The notes: a model not told the origin generated them from the sequence alone. 18,791 nt of DNA from Fibrobacterota bacterium (GCA_043753995.1 JAYUVP010000284.1:1-18791), one strand, 5' to 3'; positions 8,019 through 17,023 are shown, counted from the stretch's first letter. Numbers and translations are program-made.

Positions 8019-8047
8019 ATTTTAAGGGAGGCAGACCTCGGCGTCCA
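8019..8047 (-). promoter_or_regulatory. Putative sigma70 promoter for the riboswitch leader
   Basis: TGGACG-17 nt-TAAAAT on the minus strand, placing the predicted start at the 5' edge of the aptamer. Confidence 0.55.
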
Positions 8048-8154
8048 TTCGGACTGGGTTCCGATCCCAAGTTTTTCCCATCGGATTTTGAAGTATCAGG
8101 GTTAATACCGCTAGGGGCACTCAAGCCATTTCCCCCAGTGCATGCCAATAGGGC

Positions 8155-8830
8155 TCAAAGCTCTCGCGCGGCACGCTCGACGGGGTGTAGCATCGGGGCT
8201 TGTTGAGTATACCAAGCCAGGAAATGGGCCATGGCCTCGGGCACATGCAGGGCATCCGGTGGCCGATGTCGCGCACCGGCGATAGTCCCGTTCACGTTAC
8301 GGTAACGCCCGGCATTCTCGGCGTCGATGTTCTTCAGGACAAGGGCGTGTATGTCCTTGATTTGGCGCTCGGATAATACTTCGCGACCAGCGAAGATGTC
8401 TTCGACAAAGCCGATGGCTTCGCGGTGATTTACAGCCTCGAAATGCTCGCGCAGCGATTTGCCGCCCACGGTGATACCTTCGAGGACGACCTTAGGGCAC
8501 GGTAAGAAATAAGTGGAGCAAAGGAGCCCCCAAATGTGGGCCAGATTGACCCGGTCGGATTGAGGAAAATCTGAGGAATAGCAGCGCTATTTCGATGGTT
8601 TTGCGATTGACGAGCGGGTTAAGATGGGCTGCAGTTGGGGGCGAACTGATTCAGTTATTTCTTACCGGGCCCTTCATTTCGAGCAAGGTGAGGGTATTGC
8701 CCTCGATGGCATTGGAGTGATAGGTCCAGCGCAGAACCAAGTCCTCATGAATTTTGCGCAATACGCTTTGGGGCAAAGGCCTCAGGGCCCCAAGGCATTG
8801 TCGTAAGGCATCTAAATCTGCGAAGGGCAT
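8155..8830 (-). pseudogene. Fic family protein pseudogene, split by a MITE and 3'-truncated
   Basis: 8830-8673 translates MPFADLDALRQCLGALRPLPQSVLRKIHEDLVLRWTYHSNAIEGNTLTLLEM. 8493-8155 continues KVVLEGITVGGKSLREHFEAVNH...AGRYR...HPVERAAREL*, stopping before the HPFxDGNGR catalytic motif. Confidence 0.9.
8495..8672. mobile_element. 178-bp MITE (IS5/PIF-like ends) inserted in the Fic gene
   Basis: Terminal inverted repeats GGGCACGGTAAGAAATAA / TTATTTCTTACCGGGCCC (17/18 match), flanks TTA and TTC, and a central AATAGC-AGC-GCTATT hairpin. Confidence 0.9.
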
Positions 8831-8846
8831 GAGGAGAAATTAGGTA

Positions 8847-8999
8847 ATGCAAGGTGGCCTTACCGCCATCTCCAAAAAAGCTCATCTCAATCGTGAGGGG
8901 CTTTACACCATGCTTTCCCAAAAAGGCAACCCACGCCTTAGCAGTTTGGAAGCCGTTTTGGAAGCCATCGGATTAAAGCTTCGCGTAATGATGGACTAA
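8847..8999 (+). pseudogene. C-terminal HTH half of an HI1420-family addiction module antidote protein (remnant or 50-aa mini-protein)
   Basis: Manual translation gives MQGGLTAISKKAHLNREGLYTMLSQKGNPRLSSLEAVLEAIGLKLRVMMD*. The L-x-R-E-x-L-Y...LS..GNP-x-L..L pattern is typical of the family. The N-terminal half and the cognate toxin are absent. Confidence 0.78.
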
Positions 9000-9077
9000 C
9001 TGTTTTTTTGGGGCCGTCCTGCTACTCTGGGGCGACGGCTGCCCCCTCAGCCGCTGACCATGGCACGCGGCTTCCAT

Positions 9078-9241
9078 AGAGCCGGTCTCAAAACTCCTTT
9101 TGCAGCCGCCCGGCTGCGAACTTCGCCCAGCTTTGTCGCCCTCCATCGCGATATTTCGAGCCAATATCGCTGCTTCGGGCTTCGCGCTGGACTCGTTCCC
9201 GCTCGGGCTTGGTGCGACAAATGAGTTTTGAGACCGGCTCT
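9078..9241. mobile_element. 164-bp MITE with perfect 19-bp terminal inverted repeats
   Basis: AGAGCCGGTCTCAAAACTC (9078-9096) and GAGTTTTGAGACCGGCTCT (9223-9241), with a central hairpin GCGATATT-7 nt-AATATCGC (9148-9170). No clear target duplication. Confidence 0.85.
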
Positions 9242-9305
9242 CGCCTTCCGCTCCGCGCGCCTCGCAATCGGCCGTAACACCATGGTTTAACTAAGCTTTG
9301 ACTAG

Positions 9306-12300
9306 ATGCTAGGTGACAAGACTCGAGCACGAAATCCCCTGCGCCGCTTTGCGGCTTTTGCTCTATTGGCCCTGGTCACGGTTGCCCAGGCTAATGATTA
9401 TCTGATCGATGCCGAAGATGAGTTTGCCAACCTGTTCATCGCTGGCGGCTTTACTACACACGGCCCCACGCATCGCATCCAGTTCGCCCCCGGCGGCTAT
9501 GCCAAACCCGGCACGCTTTCCATTCCCTCAGCCATATTCGCCGACACCTTGATTTTTGAGCGCACCAGTTCAGATTTTGCCTTTATTGAAGTTACAGGAA
9601 CTTTGTTCAGCCTTAAAGGCCTAACCAATACCACAGTGATCTTGCGAGGCTTGGCGTTTCAGCTTCCTAGCAATGGCAAATTGATAGAAGGACTTGTCAG
9701 CGGCTCGCCCAATCACAACCTCATCATCGACTCCTGCATTCTATTCGCGGACAGCCTGAATACCACCTTTCTCTCCTGGCTGGGAGGCGCTGGCTCCAAG
9801 GTGGAAATTCGCAAGTCCATGCTGGTGATAGGCAAAAGCGGCCCCAATGTCAAACTCGATTTGCAGGCTGGTATCGTGACCTTGCAAAACAACCTCATCA
9901 ACTTCGAAGGTGTGGCGGTAATAAGCACATCTGACCGACTCATCCTCAATAACAATTCAGTGAATAAAACTCAGTTCAATCTTTCCGGAGGATTTACCTC
10001 ACTGTACACCATCATCTCAAACTTTTTTCTTTTCCCGCCTGCCAGTGATCACTTATTAGTCGGCGACACGAGCAAGAGATACGTTTCGCTTGCTTCGAAT
10101 TTTAACGCGATGGGTTCATTCGGAAACACTAATCGGCGTTTTCAGTCATGGACCGGATATGCCAATACTGTAGGCCAAAACCTCTTCGCCGATGCCAGTA
10201 ATTCCCCCCCCGTCACCGACAGCGCTGGCAAAACCCGCACAACCCTTTGGGATTGGCGCATCGCTTCTAATACCGTACAAGGCGCATGGAATGGTACCAC
10301 CCCCCTGCCCGCCTTCAATGTCTTTCCGGGACAAACCCTCCTAGCCGCCCGCCTTAGTGCCAAAGACAGCGTTGAGGCCACCCTTGTCCCTGCCAGCATT
10401 CCCCGCGTGGTCTCGCTCAAATACGATTCCACGAATTATTCCGAGACCGTTTACGCGAACCGTACCCAGTGGCTGAAGGATACCGTGATCTCCCTCACCG
10501 GTCTTGCTTCGCTTACCAGTCTCACCTTTCGGAATACCACCTCGATGGGCACGCCCATGCTTTTCTCCGCCGACAGTACAAGGGGCAGCTATACCGCGAA
10601 TACGCCGGGTGCCGAAGGCTCGCTAACTTTCGTGAATAGCCTAAATACCGCCAAAGCCTTCATTCCCACTTTTGCCGGACAGAACACATTGAAGGGAAGT
10701 AATGTCTCCGTGACCGGTATCTCCGACAATACCCTAGTTCAGTTTTCGAATATTTCCCGCACCGGGCGCACCACCGTTGCCGATCCAGGAACCTTCACCC
10801 CCCGCAAACGCTTCCGTCCCCTATTGCAGGGGAATTCGTCCTTCGGCCTGCGTTATAAAACCACAGCCGAGGGGTCGGGCAATATTTTCATTGGCCTTGC
10901 CAAAACCTTGGCTACCACGGCCTTGCATCACAACGATTCTCTCATCGCCTTCGACGGATCGGTCCCCCTCCCTGTCCGCGACACACTGAGCAAATATTGG
11001 GTCGATCTGCCCTTCGCCGATTCGGCCCGCTTCGCTTTATTCGAACGCCTCGCCATAGGTAGCGGGAAAGATACGGTAACCTTCGGTACTCGTCGCATAG
11101 TCACGAACACAGTATCTGGGCACCAGCTCACCATCAACACCTCGCCCTTAGCCCCGACAATTTCCCAGGCCCGCAATTTGGGCAATGTCGAGGGTGCCGT
11201 CGCTTTTCAATGGCCGGGCCGGGCATTAGGTGACAACCTTTCTCTGACCTTACCGAAATCATCACCCCTGCTTGCACCCTATCTCTACTATAGCGGCTCC
11301 GTCAGGGCTTTGACTCCGGAATCCGAGGATAGCACCCAGGTGACCGTAACTTTGACGTTAAGCGATAGCGCCAAGACGGTTTTTCTGGCACGGAGCTATC
11401 CCATCCTTGGCGATACGATTCAAAGTTACAAGGTGGGACAGGACAGCTTGATTCGGTTTTTTACAAAGACACCGGCGTCTATGTCCTTCGACCCCGACTT
11501 GAATGTGGAACCGGTGACCAAGGACACCTTGACCCTCTTGGTGAAGCGCCGCATAATCAGCGAAAACTTAACCCTGGTTGACAGTACTTACCGCGTGGCC
11601 ATCGCCGCGGATTCAGCCCACAAGAAAGCAGAAAACATCAAGGCCTTCTGGGTCAAGGATAGCACCTGGGAGGATTCCCTTCCCGTTACCTATTCCAACA
11701 GCTATTGGCGCATGGACTTACCCAAGAATGCCACCGGCTTCGCCATCTTTGAATCTTCTGACCGGCCAGTCATCATCAAGCCCCCCGACTCGGTGAAAAC
11801 GGACACTACGCCCAAACCAGACCCGGCTAAAATCTTGATCGGCTTGAAACTGATTTCCGACACCCTGCGGCTCACCGGACCCAATCAAAGCGATAGCTTC
11901 ACGGTTGAATTCACTCCTCCGACGGCTAGGGGAACCGTGCGGTTTAAAAGCTTGACTCCCGATTCCGTAATAGTCGACTTAAATTCGGGCCTTATTACCG
12001 GCATCAAGCCCGGCGAGTGGCCCATAGTGGTATGGTCGGTTGCGCACGTGGGAATCACCGACACCGCCCTCGTGATCGTTGCCGTGCCTGCCAAACCAGA
12101 CGACACAAATTCAGTGGCGAAAAAAGGCGCACCGATTCAGGAGATCTCGGACGGAAAGCTCACCCTCAAACCCAATCTCGATTCGACGAATTTTTCTTTG
12201 CTCAGCAGTTATCAAGTAGTGACCTACGAAATGAATTCTCGCGGCGAGATTGTGAAAAATCCGATCCCGGCTTCGCCAGATGCAACTGTCACCGTAACGC

Positions 12301-13649
12301 TTCCCACCGACAAGCTACTGACTTATCAAATGAATTATTACAGCAAAAGCAATACATCCACCACCGACTCCATTTTTTATCCCACGCCATTGCCCACGGA
12401 CTTCACCAAAGCTGTCAATGCTTCGGCTCCGACCTATGCCCCCCTGGTGCGTTATTTTGTGGGCCTGCCGGTCGCCATGAAATTATCCGACCTGTATGCT
12501 CGCTTGCCAAAAGCTGGATCGAAAGATCCAGCGCCTGAGGCGCAAGCCTGGAATGTCATGGAGAAAAAGTGGTTTACCCTCAGTCGCGATTCCATGCTGA
12601 ACCAGGGCAAAGGTTATTTGCTGGCCTTGCCGGGATCCGTCACTCCGAAGTTACTTAACGATCTCAATGCCGATGACTTGCTCGTACCCGACACCATTCC
12701 ACTTCAAAAGGGTTGGAATGCCATTGCCAATCCCAAGGCTATTCCCTTCGATACCAGCGAAATTGAATTGAACGATTCTTTGGTTTCTCCCTTTCATGCC
12801 TTGACATGGAATGGGCGTGGCCCCAAAGCCACCTACACTTGGGTCCTTACCGACACCCTGAAGCCCTTTTTGGGCTATGCCGTGCATGCGAAAAGGGCGA
12901 CCGAGCTTGTATTCAATACCATGAAAAAACGGCCGAGCAAGGGCACAGGCAAGGCGGCCTCTTCCCTACCCGCCTTGCGGCTTCACTTTGCCTATGCCAA
13001 TGGCGATCGCGCCGGGCTTTATTTGGAGTCCAAGCCAAGTCATCGCCATGCGCCGAAGTCCTTGCTGGGCGAATCCCTGAAGGCCTATTGGTCCGCTTCG
13101 CAAGCCATGATTGAAGCCGCCGAAACCTGGCCGCAGGTGAATCAATCGTTGCGCTTATTCGCAGACAAGCCCGGTAAGGTCGCCTTCACCGCCGAGGGCT
13201 GGGCCCAGTCTGATACCGTGCTGGCCCTGTGGGATAGCCGCCAAGGTCGCTTCCTTTTCCCAGGTCAAAACGATAGCCTGCTGGCTCAGCCCGGCTGGAA
13301 TGATTATCGCCTCATGGCCTTGGAAAAGAATGCCATCGCCACCGAAGAAAGCCGTCTGCGCGCCGCCATGCCGCAAGCCTTCACCGCCACCATGCTCGCA
13401 AAGCAAGGGCGCCTTTGGTTTCAAATTCCCATGGGCCTTAGTGCGAATGCTTCCTTGACTTTGGAGGAGTTCGACCTTCATGGACGTCACCTGGGAGGCC
13501 GCACTTGGGCCAATCTCACTCCCGGATCGCTGGCTTGGGATTTGTCTTCGCCGCGCACTGGTTTACGCCTGGTGCGCATTACCTTCGTGAATGGCACCAG
13601 CGTGCAAAGACAAACCGCGCGCGCCTTTTTGTTTGGTCACAAGCCATGA
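9306..13649 (+). CDS. Large secreted multidomain protein (beta-helix-like N-terminus, Ig-like domain, C-terminal FlgD/T9SS-like sorting domain)
   Basis: 1447-aa ORF, Thr/Ser-rich, with signal peptide RRFAAFALLALVTVAQA, a BIG2-like segment (VIVDLNSGLITGIKPG), an LQKGWNAIANP motif and C-terminal FDLHGRHL...LAWD...GLRLVRI. Confidence 0.8.
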   Translation: MLGDKTRARNPLRRFAAFALLALVTVAQANDYLIDAEDEFANLFIAGGFTTHGPTHRIQFAPGGYAKPGTLSIPSAIFADTLIFERTSSDFAFIEVTGTLFSLKGLTNTTVILRGLAFQLPSNGKLIEGLVSGSPNHNLIIDSCILFADSLNTTFLSWLGGAGSKVEIRKSMLVIGKSGPNVKLDLQAGIVTLQNNLINFEGVAVISTSDRLILNNNSVNKTQFNLSGGFTSLYTIISNFFLFPPASDHLLVGDTSKRYVSLASNFNAMGSFGNTNRRFQSWTGYANTVGQNLFADASNSPPVTDSAGKTRTTLWDWRIASNTVQGAWNGTTPLPAFNVFPGQTLLAARLSAKDSVEATLVPASIPRVVSLKYDSTNYSETVYANRTQWLKDTVISLTGLASLTSLTFRNTTSMGTPMLFSADSTRGSYTANTPGAEGSLTFVNSLNTAKAFIPTFAGQNTLKGSNVSVTGISDNTLVQFSNISRTGRTTVADPGTFTPRKRFRPLLQGNSSFGLRYKTTAEGSGNIFIGLAKTLATTALHHNDSLIAFDGSVPLPVRDTLSKYWVDLPFADSARFALFERLAIGSGKDTVTFGTRRIVTNTVSGHQLTINTSPLAPTISQARNLGNVEGAVAFQWPGRALGDNLSLTLPKSSPLLAPYLYYSGSVRALTPESEDSTQVTVTLTLSDSAKTVFLARSYPILGDTIQSYKVGQDSLIRFFTKTPASMSFDPDLNVEPVTKDTLTLLVKRRIISENLTLVDSTYRVAIAADSAHKKAENIKAFWVKDSTWEDSLPVTYSNSYWRMDLPKNATGFAIFESSDRPVIIKPPDSVKTDTTPKPDPAKILIGLKLISDTLRLTGPNQSDSFTVEFTPPTARGTVRFKSLTPDSVIVDLNSGLITGIKPGEWPIVVWSVAHVGITDTALVIVAVPAKPDDTNSVAKKGAPIQEISDGKLTLKPNLDSTNFSLLSSYQVVTYEMNSRGEIVKNPIPASPDATVTVTLPTDKLLTYQMNYYSKSNTSTTDSIFYPTPLPTDFTKAVNASAPTYAPLVRYFVGLPVAMKLSDLYARLPKAGSKDPAPEAQAWNVMEKKWFTLSRDSMLNQGKGYLLALPGSVTPKLLNDLNADDLLVPDTIPLQKGWNAIANPKAIPFDTSEIELNDSLVSPFHALTWNGRGPKATYTWVLTDTLKPFLGYAVHAKRATELVFNTMKKRPSKGTGKAASSLPALRLHFAYANGDRAGLYLESKPSHRHAPKSLLGESLKAYWSASQAMIEAAETWPQVNQSLRLFADKPGKVAFTAEGWAQSDTVLALWDSRQGRFLFPGQNDSLLAQPGWNDYRLMALEKNAIATEESRLRAAMPQAFTATMLAKQGRLWFQIPMGLSANASLTLEEFDLHGRHLGGRTWANLTPGSLAWDLSSPRTGLRLVRITFVNGTSVQRQTARAFLFGHKP

Positions 13650-14413
13650 TGCGCTTTTGCTTGGCCCTTGCCCTATGCCCAAGCTTGCTCTGGGCGGCCT
13701 GCATGGAAAGGTCGGATGGCCAAAGGGTTCTAGGCAAAATCATTGGCGATCCCTATGTCGCCTTGCCATTTCCTTATCCTCTGACTTGCGATACTGTGAT
13801 CATACGTGAAGGCGATACAGTTCGGGCTTACCCCGGCGCCCGCCTTTATTTCGGACGACCCGCTGGCAGACAAAGCATGGTTTTGGTGCAAGGCACCTTG
13901 ATACTCGCGGGTACCGCCAGGAATCCAGTGTATATCGCGGGAAGCATGCAAGCCAATAGCGCCGACATCATGGTGCCCAATCACGAGAGTTGGGGAGGCC
14001 TGCGCGTCACCGGAACTGGCGCGTTACGCATGCGCCATGTCCGCGCCTACGGTGCGCCAACCTTGATCACCAGCGAAAGCGAAAAGGTTTCCCTCGACTC
14101 GGTTTATATCGAAGATGCCGAGAATATGCTGGGCCCGAATGGCAAGCAATGGAAATTGAATACGGCGGGCACCCATCTCTTCGCGACATCCTTCTCCACT
14201 TCGACCGAAATGTCGCCTGCGCCCAAGCCCTTCAAACCCGCTTCCGTCCTAGCCAAAAGGCAAAAAGCCAAGTCCTCTTGGAAGCCCTGGGCTATTGGAT
14301 TAGGCATAGGTGCATTGACCGTGGGGGCTGGCACCACAATGTGGCTGGTGCTGCGCGAGGAAGACCCATCGCCCTATCCTCCCTGGGTCACAATGCCTCC
14401 CTCTGACGAGTAG
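13646..14413 (+). CDS. Hypothetical exported protein with a short beta-helix-like region and a C-terminal membrane anchor
   Basis: ATGA overlap with the upstream stop, signal peptide MMRFCLALALCPSLLWAA, segment VQGTLILAGTARNPVYI...WGGLRV, and TM segment WAIGLGIGALTVGAGTTMWLVL followed by a Pro-rich tail. Confidence 0.72.
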   Translation: MMRFCLALALCPSLLWAACMERSDGQRVLGKIIGDPYVALPFPYPLTCDTVIIREGDTVRAYPGARLYFGRPAGRQSMVLVQGTLILAGTARNPVYIAGSMQANSADIMVPNHESWGGLRVTGTGALRMRHVRAYGAPTLITSESEKVSLDSVYIEDAENMLGPNGKQWKLNTAGTHLFATSFSTSTEMSPAPKPFKPASVLAKRQKAKSSWKPWAIGLGIGALTVGAGTTMWLVLREEDPSPYPPWVTMPPSDE

Positions 14414-14523
14414 CGCGTATCTTCTTCCCGCCTCTCGCCTGCTAACTTCGAACGACACTCCATCTTCCTAACGCAGACACCGCCTTTTCCCAACCCCTCT
14501 TTCCATCCCCCCTCACCCAGGAA

Positions 14524-14578
14524 ATACCAAACGCAATTGTATTTGCGTTTGGTATGCCTATTGGCTATTATGATAGCC
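14524..14578 (+). promoter_or_regulatory. Palindromic operator-like sites overlapping a putative promoter of the AAA/DUF4143 gene
   Basis: Perfect 13-bp inverted repeat ATACCAAACGCAA-6 nt-TTGCGTTTGGTAT (14524-14555), a second IR GGCTAT-4 nt-ATAGCC (14563-14578), and TTGCGT-17 nt-TATTAT ending 8 nt before the ATG with no SD. Confidence 0.55.
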
Positions 14579-14579
14579 T

Positions 14580-15716
14580 ATGGTAAAGCGACCGTTTTGG
14601 CTCGAACGTATTGAGAATCTTTGGAAAAAAAAGCCCATCGTCTGGATGGCGGGAGTCCGCCGTGCGGGGAAAACGAGCTTGTGCCGCTCCATTCCGGGCG
14701 CGATTTATCATGATTGTGAATTGCCCAGCGTCCGCCGTAGCCTTCTCGATCCAGAAAAGTTCTTGGAAGCCCACAAGACGAAAAAATTGATCTTGGACGA
14801 GATCCATCGATTGGAAAACCCTTCCGAGATCCTCAAAATCGCTGCTGATCATTTTCCGGGCATCCGAATCATCGCGACGGGCTCTTCCATTTTGGGTGCC
14901 TCTTCCAAATTCAAGGATACCTTGGCCGGGCGCAAGGCGGAACTATGGCTGACACCTTTGCTGGTGAGCGAATGCGCCGCGTTCGGAAGCGCGAATTTGG
15001 AAAACAGAATGATTCGTGGCGGCTTGCCGCCCTTTTTCATGGACGAAGAAAGTCCCGAAAAAGAATTCCAGGAATGGATGGACGCCTATTGGGCGAAGGA
15101 TATTCAAGAATTATTTCGCTTGGAACGCAGGCACAGCTTCCAAAAGTTCACTGAATTGCTGCTAACACAAAGCGGGGGCCTCTTTGAGGCAAGCCGATTC
15201 GCTAAGCCCTGTGAGATCAGTCGCCAAACCGTGACCAATTATCTGGCCGTGCTGGAATCCACCTTCGTCATGCACGTCGTAAGGCCCTTCAGCAAGCACA
15301 AGGCCACCGAAATCGTTTCCATGCCAAAGGTCTATGCCTTTGATACTGGATTCATGGCTTATTATCGCGGCTTAAAGGAATTGCGACCCGAAGAAAAGGG
15401 GGCGTTCTGGGAGCATCTGGTCCTGAATGAGTTGCAAGGTCATCGCCAAAGAAGAGACATTCACTATTGGCGAAATAAAGCGCAGCACGAAGTGGATTTT
15501 GTTCTAGTTGAAAGGGGAAAGCCGCCCATTGCTATCGAATGCAAATGGTCAGCGAGCGGCTTTGAACCCGAGGGGTTACGAGCCTTCAGAAAATTGCACC
15601 CCGCGGGCGCGAACTACCTAGTCGCGAATGATGTCACGGAACCGTTTGAGCGTGAGGTTGGCGGTCTTCGCGTTCGCTTTATGGGCATTCAAGACCTGAT
15701 GAAAGCATTTGCTTAG
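14580..15716 (+). CDS. AAA_14 ATPase with DUF4143 (PD-(D/E)xK-like) C-terminal domain
   Basis: Walker A GVRRAGKT, Walker B LILDE, ATGSS, LAGR, PKVYAFDTG and EVDFV...AIECK motifs. Confidence 0.92.
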   Translation: MVKRPFWLERIENLWKKKPIVWMAGVRRAGKTSLCRSIPGAIYHDCELPSVRRSLLDPEKFLEAHKTKKLILDEIHRLENPSEILKIAADHFPGIRIIATGSSILGASSKFKDTLAGRKAELWLTPLLVSECAAFGSANLENRMIRGGLPPFFMDEESPEKEFQEWMDAYWAKDIQELFRLERRHSFQKFTELLLTQSGGLFEASRFAKPCEISRQTVTNYLAVLESTFVMHVVRPFSKHKATEIVSMPKVYAFDTGFMAYYRGLKELRPEEKGAFWEHLVLNELQGHRQRRDIHYWRNKAQHEVDFVLVERGKPPIAIECKWSASGFEPEGLRAFRKLHPAGANYLVANDVTEPFEREVGGLRVRFMGIQDLMKAFA

Positions 15717-15735
15717 GCTTCCGGGCCCCACTCCC

Positions 15736-16626
15736 TCACTTCTCCCGCTGCAAGCGCTTGGCCAAGCCGGCGAAGCGGGCGAGTTCGGCCTTGTCGAGCG
15801 AAGGATAAACGGGATTGAGGCGCTGCAAAGTCTTCACCAGGATTTCGGCCACGGCATTCCAGGCAAAAGGCTTTATGTCGGCGGGCACGATATACCAGGG
15901 GGCCCAAGGCTTATGGGTCGCCGTGATAGCTTCTTGATAGGCCGCTTGATAATCGTCCCAGCGAGCGCGCTCGGTGACATCGGCTTCGTTGAATTTCCAA
16001 TGTTTGTGAGGCTTTTCTAGGCGCGAGAGAAAGCGGCGCTTTTGCTCTTCCTTGGATAAATGCATGAAAATTTTCACCACGGCCGTGCCATTGCGTGCCA
16101 AATGTTTTTCATGATCGCGAATCGACTCGAATCGTTCTAACCACAGGGCCTGACCCGCGCCGCGCTTGGGATCGATTTTTTGTGCCGTCAGCCATTCGGG
16201 GCGCAAGCGTACAATTAACACTTCTTCGTAATAGCCGCGATTATGAATTCCGATTTGCCCGCGTTCAGGGAGCTTCACCGCCGTGCGCCAGAGAAAATCA
16301 TGCGCCACCTCGGTGAGCGATGGCTTCTTGAATGAGCTGACCTCGCAACCCGCAGGATCGATACCGCGCATCACCGCGCGTATGGTGCCGTCCTTACCGG
16401 CGGCGTCCATGCCTTGTATATGCAAAAGCAGGGAATGGCGGGAATCCGCGAAAAACTTGCGTTGCAATTCATCCAGCTCATCGGTGAGCACATCGAGGCG
16501 CTTACGCTGCTCGTCCTTGTCACGCGACTCCTTGGGCGGCACCGTATCCCATTTGGACAGGGAAACTTTTTTACCGAAGGGGATTAAATGCGGACTGCGA
16601 ACGGCGATGGAAGACGGTTGCTGCAT
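15736..16626 (-). CDS. ppk2: Polyphosphate kinase 2 family protein (class III-like)
   Basis: QGMDAAGKDG Walker A, HDFLWR, NRGYYEEVL, KHWKF..D and APWYIVPAD motifs. The start is ATG 16626, or the alternative at 16653. Confidence 0.93.
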   Translation of the reverse strand: MQQPSSIAVRSPHLIPFGKKVSLSKWDTVPPKESRDKDEQRKRLDVLTDELDELQRKFFADSRHSLLLHIQGMDAAGKDGTIRAVMRGIDPAGCEVSSFKKPSLTEVAHDFLWRTAVKLPERGQIGIHNRGYYEEVLIVRLRPEWLTAQKIDPKRGAGQALWLERFESIRDHEKHLARNGTAVVKIFMHLSKEEQKRRFLSRLEKPHKHWKFNEADVTERARWDDYQAAYQEAITATHKPWAPWYIVPADIKPFAWNAVAEILVKTLQRLNPVYPSLDKAELARFAGLAKRLQREK

Positions 16627-16712
16627 TAGGAAAAGGTAATGCCTGAAATCCAAAACTTAAGGCGCGGGTTCGCTTTCACTGGGGCACACCTACCCCCCCG
16701 GCCAGGGGTACA

Positions 16713-16994
16713 TCACGTCTGATAATAGGCGCCGCTCGGAGGTTTCTCCAGCATGGGCATCACCGCACTGATTTTCTCCGGCGGAATGACGCGCGCCGCA
16801 GCCTGATGCGCCAATACCGAGGCCCAAACCTCAAGGATCACCCATTCGCGTGGCTTCTCCAAACTGCGCAGCAATTGGCAAGACTCGCAACCCGGCGCCT
16901 GGCGAATCATGTCGATAACCGAGTTGAGAAAGGCATGCAAGGACTCGGCCATACCTTCCTTAGCTTCAAAGTGGTTGATGCGGGTAATGCTCAT
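16713..16994 (-). CDS. ABM (antibiotic biosynthesis monooxygenase)/putative quinol monooxygenase family protein
   Basis: 93 aa with APGCESCQL and ILEVWASVLAHQA patterns typical of the ABM dimeric alpha-beta barrel. Confidence 0.85.
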   Translation of the reverse strand: MSITRINHFEAKEGMAESLHAFLNSVIDMIRQAPGCESCQLLRSLEKPREWVILEVWASVLAHQAAARVIPPEKISAVMPMLEKPPSGAYYQT

Positions 16995-17023
16995 GGGCTA
17001 GGAAATTAAATAAATCCATATTA

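Noticed and set aside
13505..13645. Longer start for the 302-aa ORF
   Set aside because: It overlaps the upstream gene. The ATGA-coupled start at 13646 gives a clean signal peptide.
14440..14494. Three CTAAC/CCAAC motifs in a C-rich stretch as an integron attI site, or a G-quadruplex on the minus strand
   Set aside because: Spacing is irregular (26 and 22 bp), the matches to GTTRRRY are imperfect and no integrase is in the window. The G-runs alone are weak evidence.
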